A stretch of 64,000 nt of DNA from Bacteroidaceae bacterium (GCA_030843315.1 JAUUPT010000012.1:642-64641), one strand, 5' to 3'; counted from the stretch's first letter, positions 19,926 to 30,204 are shown. The notes: generated by a model from the sequence alone, not told the origin. Program-made: numbers and translations.

Positions 19926-20186
19926 CCGTCGCGGCGGATATGTCATCCGCCGCTTTCGAGTATTAGGATTTTTAATCCGCCTTCTCTCTTCCTTTTCTTT
20001 TTCTTTTCGGATTACAAATCCTAATACTCAATCAATCGGATTTCAAATCCGATTGAACGGAATCCGTCGCGGCGGATATGTTTATCTGCCGCCTTCGAGT
20101 ATTAGGATTTTTAATCCGCTTTATCTCTTCTTTTCTGATTACAAATCCTGATACTCAATCAATTTGATTACAAATCCGATTGGACG
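19926..20186. repeat. Two tandem copies (period 138 bp) of a multi-palindromic REP-like element
   Basis: Both copies start CCGTCGCGGCGGATATG (19926, 20064) and contain GAGTATTAGGATTTTTAATCCG...GATTACAAATCCT(A/G)ATACTC and a CAAT..GATT..AAATCCGATTG palindrome. Confidence 0.9.
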
Positions 20187-20187
20187 A

Positions 20188-20238
20188 AAATAAAAAAAGC
20201 TGCACTATGTATTGAAGCATAGTGCAGCTTTTTTATTT
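20188..20238. terminator. Bidirectional intrinsic terminator between the pilus island and asnB
   Basis: A-tract-GCTGCACTATG...CATAGTGCAGC-T-tract. Confidence 0.9.
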
Positions 20239-20255
20239 GTATCATCAGAATATAC

Positions 20256-21983
20256 CTATTCCTGATAGGCTTCCTCGTGTACTCCCGCTATTGCGCGGCC
20301 GCTCGGCTCGTTCTTCCCTTGGAAAGAAGCATCCCATGCAAGGGCTTCGGCAGTAGAGCAAGCTACGCTGGGCACACTGGGCACACTACGGGCGGCACTC
20401 TCGCTGGGGAAGTGCTCCTCAAAGATGGTGCGGTAGTAGTACTCTTCCTTGTTCTGCGGCGGGTTGATGGGGAAGCGTTCGGCTACGTGCTCCATCTGCT
20501 CGTCGCTGACGGCGGCGGCAGTGATGGCGCGCAGGGTGTCTATCCAGTTGTAGCCCACACCGTCGGAGAATTGCTCCTTCTGACGCCAGGCGACGCTCTC
20601 GGGCAGCATATCGGCAAAGGCTTCGCGAACTACTTTCTTTTCTATTACTTTGCCCAGACACATCTTAGTGGCGGGGTTGATGCGCATGGCTACGTCCAGG
20701 AACTCTTTGTCGAGGAAGGGCACGCGGCCTTCTACACCCCAGGCGGCAAGACTCTTATTGGCACGCAGGCAGTCGTAGGTATGCAGGCGGGAGAGTTTGC
20801 GGACGGTTTCCTGGTGGAAGGCCTGCGGAGTGGGGGCCTTGTGGAAGTAAAGGTAGCCGCCGAACACTTCGTCGGCACCCTCGCCGCTGAGCACCATCTT
20901 GATGCCCATGCTCTTGATGACGCGAGCCAGCAGGTACATGGGGGTAGAGGCGCGAACGGTGGTGACGTCGTAGGTTTCGATATGATAGATGACGTCGCGC
21001 AGGGCGTCGATCCCTTCCTGAACGGTGTAGTGTATTTCGTGATGGACGGTGCCGATGTACTGTGCCACTTCGCGGGCTTTCTGCAAGTCGGGCGCACCCT
21101 TCAAGCCGATGGCGAAGGAGTGAAGTTGCGGCCACCAGGCATCGGAGGTATTGTCGGTTTCGATGCGCTTGGAGGCGTACTTCTTGGCAACGGCGGAGAT
21201 GACGGAAGAGTCGAGTCCACCGGAAAGAAGCACACCGTAGGGCACGTCGGACATGAGTTGGCGGTGTACGGCAGCTTCGAGGGCATCGTGCACGGCGGCC
21301 ACTTGGGCGTCGTGAGCTTTCTTGTCCTGGGAGGCGCTGTCGGCGCTGCGCTGGGCGGCGGGAGTATAGTTATCCTTCACGGCTTCGTAGTCGGTCCAGT
21401 CGCGGGTGTACCAGGGCTTCATCTTGCCTTCGCTACCCAGGTAGTAGTGACCGGGGAGAAAGGGTTCGTACTCATCGCAGAAGCCTTCGAGGGCTTTGAG
21501 CTCGCTGCCGAAGTAGACGTGACCTTCCTTGTCTTTACCGATATAGAGAGGTATCACGCCAATCGGGTCGCGGGCGATAAGGAAGTCGTCGGTTTCTTCG
21601 TCGTAGAGGGCGAAGGCGAAGATGCCGTTCAGATCTTCGAGGAAGCGGGCACCTTTGTCGCGGTAGAGGGCAAGGATGACTTCGCAGTCCGATCCGGTCT
21701 GGAAATCGTAACGGCCGGCGTAGCGGGCACGGATTTCGCGATGATTGTATATCTCGCCGTTGACGGCAAGTATCAGTTTGCCGTCGGCAGAGTAGAGGGG
21801 TTGGCCGCCGCTCTCGGGTGATACGATGGCAAGTCGTTCGTGTGCCAGGATGGCGGAGCCGCCCACGTAGATACCGCTCCAATCGGGACCGCGGTGACGA
21901 ATTTTCTGCGCCATTTTCAGCGCTTTGCTTCTCAGCTCAGGAGTCTGGGCTTTTATGTTGAAGATACCTGCTATTCCACACAT
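20256..21983 (-). CDS. asnB: Asparagine synthase B (glutamine-hydrolysing)
   Basis: N-terminal MCGI, HRGPD, NGEIYNH, LLSGGLDSS and SGEGADE. Confidence 0.98.
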   Translation of the reverse strand: MCGIAGIFNIKAQTPELRSKALKMAQKIRHRGPDWSGIYVGGSAILAHERLAIVSPESGGQPLYSADGKLILAVNGEIYNHREIRARYAGRYDFQTGSDCEVILALYRDKGARFLEDLNGIFAFALYDEETDDFLIARDPIGVIPLYIGKDKEGHVYFGSELKALEGFCDEYEPFLPGHYYLGSEGKMKPWYTRDWTDYEAVKDNYTPAAQRSADSASQDKKAHDAQVAAVHDALEAAVHRQLMSDVPYGVLLSGGLDSSVISAVAKKYASKRIETDNTSDAWWPQLHSFAIGLKGAPDLQKAREVAQYIGTVHHEIHYTVQEGIDALRDVIYHIETYDVTTVRASTPMYLLARVIKSMGIKMVLSGEGADEVFGGYLYFHKAPTPQAFHQETVRKLSRLHTYDCLRANKSLAAWGVEGRVPFLDKEFLDVAMRINPATKMCLGKVIEKKVVREAFADMLPESVAWRQKEQFSDGVGYNWIDTLRAITAAAVSDEQMEHVAERFPINPPQNKEEYYYRTIFEEHFPSESAARSVPSVPSVACSTAEALAWDASFQGKNEPSGRAIAGVHEEAYQE

Positions 21984-22029
21984 AATGTTCGAGTTTTAGG
22001 GGGTAAATAATTAAATGAGTGGCAAATTA

Positions 22030-23370
22030 TCATTTATTTAAATAATCATCTATTGCCTTTGCCACCTTGCGTCCGTCTGCCAATGCACGCACCACAAGGC
22101 TGGCACCCATGGCGGCATCGCCTGCTACGAACACATTTTCGGCAAACTTGGGTTGTTCCGGTTTCAGGAATCCCATGGCGAGGAGTACCATATCGGCGTC
22201 AATGATTTCTTTCTTGCCTGTGGGCTGCATCGTGGAGCGTCCGCCGTCCTTAGCCGGAATCCATTCCACTTCTTCCACCTCTACGCCGCAGACTTTGCCG
22301 TTCTTGCCGATGAATAGGTTCGAAGCCAGCGACCAACGGCGGGTACAGCCTTCTTCGTGACTGGAAGTGGTTTTCAGTACTACGGGCCATTGCGGCCAGG
22401 GAGTGGCAGGGTTGTGTCCTACGGGTGGTTGGGGCATGATTTCTATCTGCGTCACGCTGGTGGCTCCCTGGCGGATGCTGGTACCGATGCAATCGGAACC
22501 CGTGTCACCGCCGCCGATGACGAGGACGCGTTTGCCTTTGGCGTTCACCAGTTGGTCTTTCGGGAAGGTTTCTCCGTCGAGGATGTGGTTTTGCTGTGCC
22601 AGCATGTCGAGGGCGAAGTAGATGCCTTTCAGCTCGCGGCCGGGGATGGAGAGGTCGCGCGCTTGCGGTGTGCCGGTGCAGATGGCGTAGGCGTCGAATC
22701 CTGCGGGGAGTTTCTGCACATCGACGTGCACGCCCATCTCGAACTTGATGCCTTCGGCTTCGAGTACGTTCATGCGGCGGTCTATGACGGCTTTGTCCAA
22801 CTTGAAGTTGGGGATACCGTAGCGGAGCAGTCCACCCGGCATGGGCTTAGAGTCGAAGATAGTTACCTCGTAGCCCTTGGCATTGAGGCGTACGGCAACG
22901 GAGAGCCCGGCAGGGCCGGCACCGATGACGGCTATTTTCTTCCCGTTGCGTTCGGGCTGGACGGGGACGATGTAACCTTCGCGGAAGGCGGCTTCGGCAA
23001 TGGCTGCTTCATTCTCGCGGATGGTGACGGGTTCGTCGCAGGAGAGTTTCAGCACGCATGATTTCTCGCACAGCGCAGGGCAGATGCGTCCCGTGAATTC
23101 GGGGAAGTCGTTGGTGCTGGTCAGTATCTGATAAGCTTCACGCCACTTACCGCGGTAAAGTGCGTCCTGAAATTCGGGGTCTTTGTTGCCCAGCGGACAG
23201 GCCCAGTGGCAGAAGGGTACACCACAATCCATGCAGCGCGAGGCTTGCAGCTTGCGGTCGTGGCTGTTCAGCGTTTGTTCTACTTGGCTGTAGTCGGTGA
23301 TACGTTCGTGTATCGGTCGGTAGCCCGCTTCCTGGCGGGGTATGGTTAGGAATGCTTTTGAATCGCCCAT
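22030..23370 (-). CDS. gltD: Glutamate synthase small subunit
   Basis: RCMDCGVPFC, GRICPALCE, GAGPAG and GGGDTGSDC. Confidence 0.97.
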   Translation of the reverse strand: MGDSKAFLTIPRQEAGYRPIHERITDYSQVEQTLNSHDRKLQASRCMDCGVPFCHWACPLGNKDPEFQDALYRGKWREAYQILTSTNDFPEFTGRICPALCEKSCVLKLSCDEPVTIRENEAAIAEAAFREGYIVPVQPERNGKKIAVIGAGPAGLSVAVRLNAKGYEVTIFDSKPMPGGLLRYGIPNFKLDKAVIDRRMNVLEAEGIKFEMGVHVDVQKLPAGFDAYAICTGTPQARDLSIPGRELKGIYFALDMLAQQNHILDGETFPKDQLVNAKGKRVLVIGGGDTGSDCIGTSIRQGATSVTQIEIMPQPPVGHNPATPWPQWPVVLKTTSSHEEGCTRRWSLASNLFIGKNGKVCGVEVEEVEWIPAKDGGRSTMQPTGKKEIIDADMVLLAMGFLKPEQPKFAENVFVAGDAAMGASLVVRALADGRKVAKAIDDYLNK

Positions 23371-23394
23371 AATTGATAAATTGAGAATTAAAAA

Positions 23395-26300
23395 TTAATA
23401 ATCCCGTTGCATATCCGCAATCTTCTGTTGCAGTTTCCGCATCTGTTCCTCTTGCAGCACCTTTTTGTATTCGATAGGCACTATCTGGATGAACTCGTCT
23501 ACGTAGCGTGTCCAGTCATCGAGTAGGATGCGTGCCAGCTTGGAACCGGTGTAGAGATAATGCTGGCGGATGAGTTCGTGCAGCTCCTTACGATAGGATG
23601 CTTCTTCGATGAGGCTCAGTTCCACCATCTCCATATTACAGAAGTAGTCGAAGTTACCATCTTTGTTCCACACGTAGGCTACACCGCCCGACATACCGGC
23701 TGCGAAGTTGCGTCCCGTCTCACCCAGTACTACTACACGGCCACCGGTCATGTACTCGCAACAATGGTCGCCCACACCTTCCACTACGGCAATGGCGCCG
23801 GAGTTGCGGACGGCGAAACGTTCGCCCACACGTCCGTTGATGTAGACTTCACCGCTCGTAGCACCATATAATAAGGTATTACCGGCGATGGTGTTCTTTT
23901 CTGCTTCGAAGTTGGAGCGTACCGGGGGTAGTACGGCGATGCGTCCACCCGAAAGACCTTTGCCGAGGTAGTCGTTGGCTTCTCCTTCCAATTTGAAGTT
24001 GACGCCCGGCACAAGGAAGGCACCGAAACTCTGTCCGGCAGAGCCTTTGAACTTCACGTTCAGCGTCTGTTCCGGCAATCCCTTTTCGCCGTACTTGGCA
24101 GCGATGGCACCGGAGAGCATAGCACCGCAGGCGCGGTCGGTATTGGCTATGGTATATTCCAAAGATACTTCTTTCTGACCTTCGAGGGCTTCGGCGGCAG
24201 CGTGCAGCATTTCCACATCTTTCACGTGGTCGATGCCGTGTTGCTGGTCGATGACGTGGCGGATGGCAGCTTCGTTGTCCACACGTGCCAGCAGCTTGTC
24301 GAAGGAAATGAGAGAGTGCTTCTTTATATTGTCGGCAGGCTTGCGGATGATGAGGTCGGTGCGTCCGATGATGTCATCCAGCTTCTCTACACCGATTTCG
24401 GCAAGGTATTCGCGAACTTCCTGTGCCAGGAAGGTGAAGAAGTTCACCAGATATTCGCTCCGTCCGTGGAAGCGCTTGCGCAGTTCTTCGTTTTGGGTGG
24501 CTACGCCCACAGGGCAAGTATTCTGATGGCACTTGCGCATCATCACGCAACCCAGTACAATCAGTGCACTTGTGGCAAAACCGAATTCCTCAGCGCCCAG
24601 CATCGCCATCAGTACGATGTCCCGTCCGGTCTTTAACTGTCCGTCCACTTGCAGCATTACTTGTCCGCGCAGTCCGTTCAGTACCAGCGTTTGTTGTGTT
24701 TCGCTCAAGCCGAGTTCCGGCGAGATACCTGCATAGCGGATAGAGCTGGCGGGCGAAGCACCCGTACCACCTTCGGCACCGGAGATGACGATGAGGTCGG
24801 CCTTGGCCTTTGCCACACCGGCGGCAATGGTTCCTACGCCGCTCTCGGCTACCAGCTTCACGCTGATTTTGGCGTGCGGGTTCACGTTCTTCAGATCGAA
24901 GATGAGTTGTGCCAGGTCTTCGATGGAGTAGATATCGTGGTGTGGCGGTGGAGATATCAGCGAGATGCCCGGGATGGAGTGACGTGTCTTTGCAATCACC
25001 TCGTCTACTTTGAAGCCCGGCAACTGACCGCCTTCACCCGGCTTGGCGCCTTGTGCCACTTTAATCTGTATTTCGTCGGCGTTCACCAGATACTCTGTCG
25101 TTACACCGAAACGTCCGGATGCCACCTGCTTGATGGCGCTGCGCAGCGAGGTTCCGTCCGGGCGGGGTGTGAAGCGTGCGCTGTCTTCGCCACCTTCACC
25201 GGTGTTGCTGCGGCCGTGTATCTTGTTCATGGCGATAGCCATTGCTTCGTGGGCTTCGCGGCTGATGGAGCCGTAGGACATAGCGCCCGTAACGAAGCGG
25301 TGCAGGATGCTCTCTACCGGTTCCACCCGGTCGATGGAGATAGGTGCGCGGCGGAAGTCGAGGAAGTCGCGCAGGAAGATGGGCGCTTCTTTGCCGTCTA
25401 CCAGCCGGGTGAATTCCTTGAACTTCTTGTAGCTGCCCAGGCGGGTTGCCAGTTGCAGGGTAGAGATGGTTTCGGGATTCCATGCATGCTTCTCACCGTC
25501 TTTGCGGAAGGCGTAGAGTCCGTTGTTGGGCAGTTGTTCGTCTACCTTCGGAGCAAAGCCTGCACTATGGAAGGCCATTGCATCGCGTGCCACTTCGTCC
25601 AGGCGGATGCCGCCGATGGTGGATTGCAATCCGCCGAAGTAGGTCTTGCTCAGCTCTTCGCTCAGACCCACTGCCTCGAATATCTTGGCACCGCGGTAGG
25701 AGCGGATGGTTGAGATACCCATCTTACTCATAATCTTGAACAGACCCTTGCAGATGGATTTGATGTATTTCTTTTCAGCCGTAGCGTAGTCCAGTTGGAT
25801 TTCTTTCTTTGCTACCAGCTTGTCGATGACGGCGAATGCCATATAAGGATTCAGTGCGCTGGCACCAAAGCCCAGTAGCAGTGCGGCATGCATGACTTCG
25901 CGTATTTCACCGCTTTCTACTACCAATGCCGTCTGCACACGTTTTCCTACCGAGATAAGATGATGGTGCACGGCGCTTACTGCCAGCAGTGACGGAATGG
26001 CGGCGTGCGTGGCATCTACCTCGCGGTCGGAGAGCACGATGTAGTTTACGCCTTCGGTTACGGACTCTTCCGCCCGCTTGCAAAGAGAGGTCAGCGCTTC
26101 CTGCAAACCCCGGCGTCCTTTCGCCACCTCGAATAGCATGGGCAGTTTCAAACTCTTGAAACCCTTGTAGCGGATGTTGCAGAGAAGGTCAATCTGCGTA
26201 TTGCTTAGGATGGGGTGATTGAGGCGCACCATCTTGCAATGGCTTGCGTTGGGCGTCAGGATGTTCATGCCCACGGCGCCGATGTATTCCGACAGAGACA

Positions 26301-27936
26301 TCACCAGCTCCTCGCGTATCGGGTCGATAGGCGGGTTGGTGACTTGTGCAAACTGCTGGCGGAAGTAATTATATAGAAGTTGTGGTTTATCGGACAATAT
26401 AGCCAGCGGCGTGTCGTTACCCATCGAGTTGATAGGCTCTGCTCCGGTGGTACACATGGGAACGATCAACCGCTCCACATCTTCCTTCGAGAAGCCGAAG
26501 GTGAGCAACATGCGTTCGTAGTTCTCTACGCTGTGGGGCACCTTGCGTCCGCTCTTCAGTTCGTCCAGTTCGATGCGGTTGTTGGCAAGCCAGGTGCGGT
26601 AGGGCTTGGCTTCGGCAAGCTGTTGTTTCAGTTCGCCGTCGTAGTATATTTCGCCTTTCTTGGTATCAACAAGCAGAATCTTGCCCGGTTGCAGGCGTCC
26701 TTTTTCTTTAATGTCTCCCGGCTCGAAGTCCATTACGCCTACTTCGCTCGCCACTACCATCATGTCGTTGTGTGTGATGAGGTAGCGTGCCGGTCGCAGA
26801 CCGTTACGGTCGAGCATACCGCCTGCGTAGCGTCCGTCGCTGAAGAGCAGGGCAGCAGGGCCGTCCCACGGCTCCATCAGGATGGAGTGGTATTCGTAAA
26901 AGGCTTTCAGATCTTCGCTGATAGGGTTCTTTTCGTTGAATGATTCCGGCACGAGCATCGCCATGGCATGCGGCAGGCTCAGACCAGACATTACGAGGAA
27001 TTCGAGCACGTTGTCCAGTGAAGCACTGTCGCTCATACCCGGTTGTACGATGGGACGTATCTCCTTGATGTCGCCCAGGGCGGGAGAGGAGAGTACGCTT
27101 TCGCGGGCTTCCATCCAACCACGGTTGCCTCGGATGGTGTTGATCTCGCCGTTGTGTGCCAGCAGACGGAACGGCTGTGCTAGTCCCCAGGTGGGGAATG
27201 TGTTGGTGCTGAAACGGGAGTGTACCAGTGCCAGCCCGCTGGTGAAGTAGTTGTTCGTCAAGTCGGGGAAGTAGCTGCGTAGCTGCAAGGACGAGAGCAT
27301 GCCTTTATAGACGATGTTCTTCGTAGAGAGCGAAACGATGTAGAAATCCTCGCGGGTGGGGATATCCGACTTGCGTATCTTGTTTTCTATTCTCTTCCTT
27401 ATTATATATAAGGTACGGTCGGCGGTTTCAGCGTCCGTAAATCCGGTGATGAAGATTTGCTTGATGTCCGGTTCGTTGGCAAGTGCCGCTTCTCCCAGAA
27501 TCTCGGGGCAGGTGGGCACGTTGCGCAGGTGCATCAAGGTCAGTCCGTCTTTTTCAATCTCTTCGATGATAATGCTCAGAATGGCCGCCTGGTCTTTCTC
27601 ATCCTTGGGCAGGAAGAGCAGACCGGTACCGTACTTCCCTTTTTCGGGAACGGGGATTCCCTGCAACAAGATGAACTCGTGCGGGATTTGCAGCATGATG
27701 CCGGCGCCGTCTCCGGTTTTATTATCCGCACCTTCCGCTCCGCGGTGGCGCATGTTCTCCAGTACTTTTAATGCTGATTCTACCAGTTCGTGTGATTTGC
27801 CTCCATTGATGTTGACCAGCATACCGACTCCACAAGCATCGTGTTCGTTGGAAGCATCGTACAAGCCCAGTTGTCCGGGCTGTCGTTGGTAGGGCTTTAC
27901 TTTTGTTTCGTTGTTAAAAAGTCCTTCTTTCATCAT
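23395..27936 (-). CDS. gltB: Glutamate synthase large subunit
   Basis: EHDACGVG, HSRFSTNTFP, QGAKPGEGGQL, CVMMRKCHQNTCPVG and C-terminal GXGXG repeats. Confidence 0.98.
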   Translation of the reverse strand: MMKEGLFNNETKVKPYQRQPGQLGLYDASNEHDACGVGMLVNINGGKSHELVESALKVLENMRHRGAEGADNKTGDGAGIMLQIPHEFILLQGIPVPEKGKYGTGLLFLPKDEKDQAAILSIIIEEIEKDGLTLMHLRNVPTCPEILGEAALANEPDIKQIFITGFTDAETADRTLYIIRKRIENKIRKSDIPTREDFYIVSLSTKNIVYKGMLSSLQLRSYFPDLTNNYFTSGLALVHSRFSTNTFPTWGLAQPFRLLAHNGEINTIRGNRGWMEARESVLSSPALGDIKEIRPIVQPGMSDSASLDNVLEFLVMSGLSLPHAMAMLVPESFNEKNPISEDLKAFYEYHSILMEPWDGPAALLFSDGRYAGGMLDRNGLRPARYLITHNDMMVVASEVGVMDFEPGDIKEKGRLQPGKILLVDTKKGEIYYDGELKQQLAEAKPYRTWLANNRIELDELKSGRKVPHSVENYERMLLTFGFSKEDVERLIVPMCTTGAEPINSMGNDTPLAILSDKPQLLYNYFRQQFAQVTNPPIDPIREELVMSLSEYIGAVGMNILTPNASHCKMVRLNHPILSNTQIDLLCNIRYKGFKSLKLPMLFEVAKGRRGLQEALTSLCKRAEESVTEGVNYIVLSDREVDATHAAIPSLLAVSAVHHHLISVGKRVQTALVVESGEIREVMHAALLLGFGASALNPYMAFAVIDKLVAKKEIQLDYATAEKKYIKSICKGLFKIMSKMGISTIRSYRGAKIFEAVGLSEELSKTYFGGLQSTIGGIRLDEVARDAMAFHSAGFAPKVDEQLPNNGLYAFRKDGEKHAWNPETISTLQLATRLGSYKKFKEFTRLVDGKEAPIFLRDFLDFRRAPISIDRVEPVESILHRFVTGAMSYGSISREAHEAMAIAMNKIHGRSNTGEGGEDSARFTPRPDGTSLRSAIKQVASGRFGVTTEYLVNADEIQIKVAQGAKPGEGGQLPGFKVDEVIAKTRHSIPGISLISPPPHHDIYSIEDLAQLIFDLKNVNPHAKISVKLVAESGVGTIAAGVAKAKADLIVISGAEGGTGASPASSIRYAGISPELGLSETQQTLVLNGLRGQVMLQVDGQLKTGRDIVLMAMLGAEEFGFATSALIVLGCVMMRKCHQNTCPVGVATQNEELRKRFHGRSEYLVNFFTFLAQEVREYLAEIGVEKLDDIIGRTDLIIRKPADNIKKHSLISFDKLLARVDNEAAIRHVIDQQHGIDHVKDVEMLHAAAEALEGQKEVSLEYTIANTDRACGAMLSGAIAAKYGEKGLPEQTLNVKFKGSAGQSFGAFLVPGVNFKLEGEANDYLGKGLSGGRIAVLPPVRSNFEAEKNTIAGNTLLYGATSGEVYINGRVGERFAVRNSGAIAVVEGVGDHCCEYMTGGRVVVLGETGRNFAAGMSGGVAYVWNKDGNFDYFCNMEMVELSLIEEASYRKELHELIRQHYLYTGSKLARILLDDWTRYVDEFIQIVPIEYKKVLQEEQMRKLQQKIADMQRDY

Positions 27937-27990
27937 TCTAAGTTTACTTAATTACTATGTAATACCTATTATAAGTGTCAAAATGTTCGG

Positions 27991-27998
27991 CAAATATA
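27991..27998 (-). promoter_or_regulatory. -7 promoter element for gltB-gltD-asnB
   Basis: Reverse complement TATATTTG matches TAnnTTTG. Confidence 0.55.
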
Positions 27999-28267
27999 CT
28001 TAATTAATTTCAAATTGATATAGCAATATCAACGATTAGCGCTTATTAAATACCTGCTATCGGGGATGAGGTTATAATCTGATATGAAATACAGGGTGTT
28101 TTCTTTTAATTTCAAATCAAATACAACTTGTTTTCTTTTAGATTGTAAATTCATCCTTTTGCTTTTAAAAGAAGATTCTCTTTAACTTTTTGACATAAAA
28201 ACATCTTTTCTCTATTCTTTTGATAAATAAATAGGAGAAAAATAAACTTTATGTTCTCAAGATTGTG

Positions 28268-28275
28268 TATCTTTG
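28268..28275 (+). promoter_or_regulatory. -7 promoter element for the glmS operon
   Basis: TATCTTTG followed by CAGCG. Confidence 0.65.
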
Positions 28276-28302
28276 CAGCGCAAAAACAAATACTGATATA
28301 TT

Positions 28303-30147
28303 ATGTGTGGAATCGTAGGCTATATAGGTCAAAGAAAAGCCTACCCCATTCTTATCAAAGGTCTGAAGCGGTTGGAGTATCGCGGATACGATAGTGCAGG
28401 GGTAGCATTGATCAGTGACAACCGGCAGTTGAACGTGTATAAAGCGAAAGGTAAGGTTTCTGAACTGGAAACTTTCGTTGCTCAAAAAGATATTTCCGGT
28501 AATATTGGTATTGCACACACCCGTTGGGCTACGCACGGAGAACCTTGCTCCGCCAATGCCCATCCTCATTATTCCTCTTCCGAACGACTCGCACTTATCC
28601 ATAACGGCATCATTGAGAATTACGCCGTCCTTAAAGAAAAACTTCAAGCCAAAGGCTATTCATTTAAAAGCAGTACAGATACCGAGGTATTGGTACAGCT
28701 CATTGAGTACATCCAGTTGACGAATCACCTCGATTTACTGACGGCGGTGCAGCTTGCCTTGCAGGAAGTGATCGGTGCGTATGCCATTGCCATGCTCGAC
28801 AAGAACAATCCTGACGAGATTATAGCGGCACGCAAAAGCAGTCCGCTGGTAGTGGGCATCGGCAAGGATGAATTCTTCCTGGCATCGGACGCTACGCCGA
28901 TTGTGGAATATACCGACAAGGTGGTGTACTTGGAAGATGAAGAGATAGCCGTGATACACCGCGGAGAGAAACTGAAGGTGGTGAACCTGAAGAACGTGGA
29001 GTGCCCGCACGAAGTAAAGACGGTGGCGCTCAACCTCGGTCAGTTGGAGAAGGGCGGCTATCCGCACTTTATGTTGAAAGAGATTTTCGAGCAGCCCGAT
29101 TGCATCCGCGACTGTATGCGCGGGCGTATCAATATAGAAGGTACCAACGTGGTGCTTTCGGCTGTGATAGATTATAAAGAACGGTTGCTGGCTGCCAAGC
29201 GCTTTGTGATTGTAGCCTGCGGCACGTCCTGGCACGCTGCGCTTATCGGCAAGCATCTGATTGAGAGCTTCTGCCGCATTCCGGTGGAAGTGGAATATGC
29301 ATCGGAGTTCCGCTACCGCGATCCGGTGATAGACAGCAACGATGTAGTGATTGCCATTTCACAGAGCGGTGAGACTGCCGACACATTGGCTGCCGTGGAG
29401 CTTGCCAAGAGCCGTGGAGCATTTATATATGGTATATGCAATGCCATCGGTTCCAGTATTCCGCGCGCCACGCACACGGGTTCTTACATCCACGTGGGAC
29501 CGGAAATCGGGGTGGCATCCACCAAAGCCTTCACCGGACAGGTAACGGTGCTCGCCATGCTGGCACTGACGCTTGCCAAAGAGAAAAAGACGATTGACGA
29601 GGAACAGTACCTTGCCGTTGTCAAGGAGTTGGGATGCATTCCCGACAAAATGAAAGAAGTATTGAAACTGAACGACTGCATAGCAGAACTTTCCAAAATA
29701 TTCACCTATGCGCACAACTTCATCTACCTGGGACGCGGTTACAGCTATCCCGTAGCCCTGGAAGGTGCGCTGAAGCTGAAAGAAATCTCGTATATACATG
29801 CCGAAGGCTATCCGGCTGCCGAGATGAAGCACGGGCCTATCGCCCTGGTGGATGCCGAAATGCCGGTAGTCGTTATTGCTACACAGAACGGACTCTATGA
29901 GAAAGTGCTGAGTAACATCCAGGAAATCAAAGCCCGCAAAGGCAAAGTCATCGCCATCGTTACGAAAGGCGATACGGTTATCAGCCAGGTTGCCGATACT
30001 TGTATCGAACTTCCCGAAACAATGGAATGCCTTGACCCGTTGATAACTACGGTGCCCTTGCAGATGCTTGCTTATCACATTGCCGTGTGCAAAGGTATGG
30101 ATGTGGACCAACCCCGTAACCTTGCCAAATCGGTGACTGTGGAGTAG
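28303..30147 (+). CDS. glmS: Glutamine-fructose-6-phosphate transaminase
   Basis: MCGIVG, LEYRGYDSAG, HTRWATHG, SQSGETADT and C-terminal PRNLAKSVTVE. Confidence 0.99.
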   Translation: MCGIVGYIGQRKAYPILIKGLKRLEYRGYDSAGVALISDNRQLNVYKAKGKVSELETFVAQKDISGNIGIAHTRWATHGEPCSANAHPHYSSSERLALIHNGIIENYAVLKEKLQAKGYSFKSSTDTEVLVQLIEYIQLTNHLDLLTAVQLALQEVIGAYAIAMLDKNNPDEIIAARKSSPLVVGIGKDEFFLASDATPIVEYTDKVVYLEDEEIAVIHRGEKLKVVNLKNVECPHEVKTVALNLGQLEKGGYPHFMLKEIFEQPDCIRDCMRGRINIEGTNVVLSAVIDYKERLLAAKRFVIVACGTSWHAALIGKHLIESFCRIPVEVEYASEFRYRDPVIDSNDVVIAISQSGETADTLAAVELAKSRGAFIYGICNAIGSSIPRATHTGSYIHVGPEIGVASTKAFTGQVTVLAMLALTLAKEKKTIDEEQYLAVVKELGCIPDKMKEVLKLNDCIAELSKIFTYAHNFIYLGRGYSYPVALEGALKLKEISYIHAEGYPAAEMKHGPIALVDAEMPVVVIATQNGLYEKVLSNIQEIKARKGKVIAIVTKGDTVISQVADTCIELPETMECLDPLITTVPLQMLAYHIAVCKGMDVDQPRNLAKSVTVE

Positions 30148-30204
30148 GGAAAAAACAGATGATGCGTTTTTATAACTTGTAATTTGTAATTAGTAAATCT
30201 ATAA

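Noticed and set aside
19900..20255. DGR template repeat or RT downstream of the tip gene
   Set aside because: No AAC-rich copy of the VR and no RT ORF; only palindromic repeats and a terminator. None was seen elsewhere in the window by eye.
28150..28302. glmS ribozyme upstream of glmS
   Set aside because: The -7 element is only ~27 nt from the start codon, and the region is AT-rich with no evident structure.
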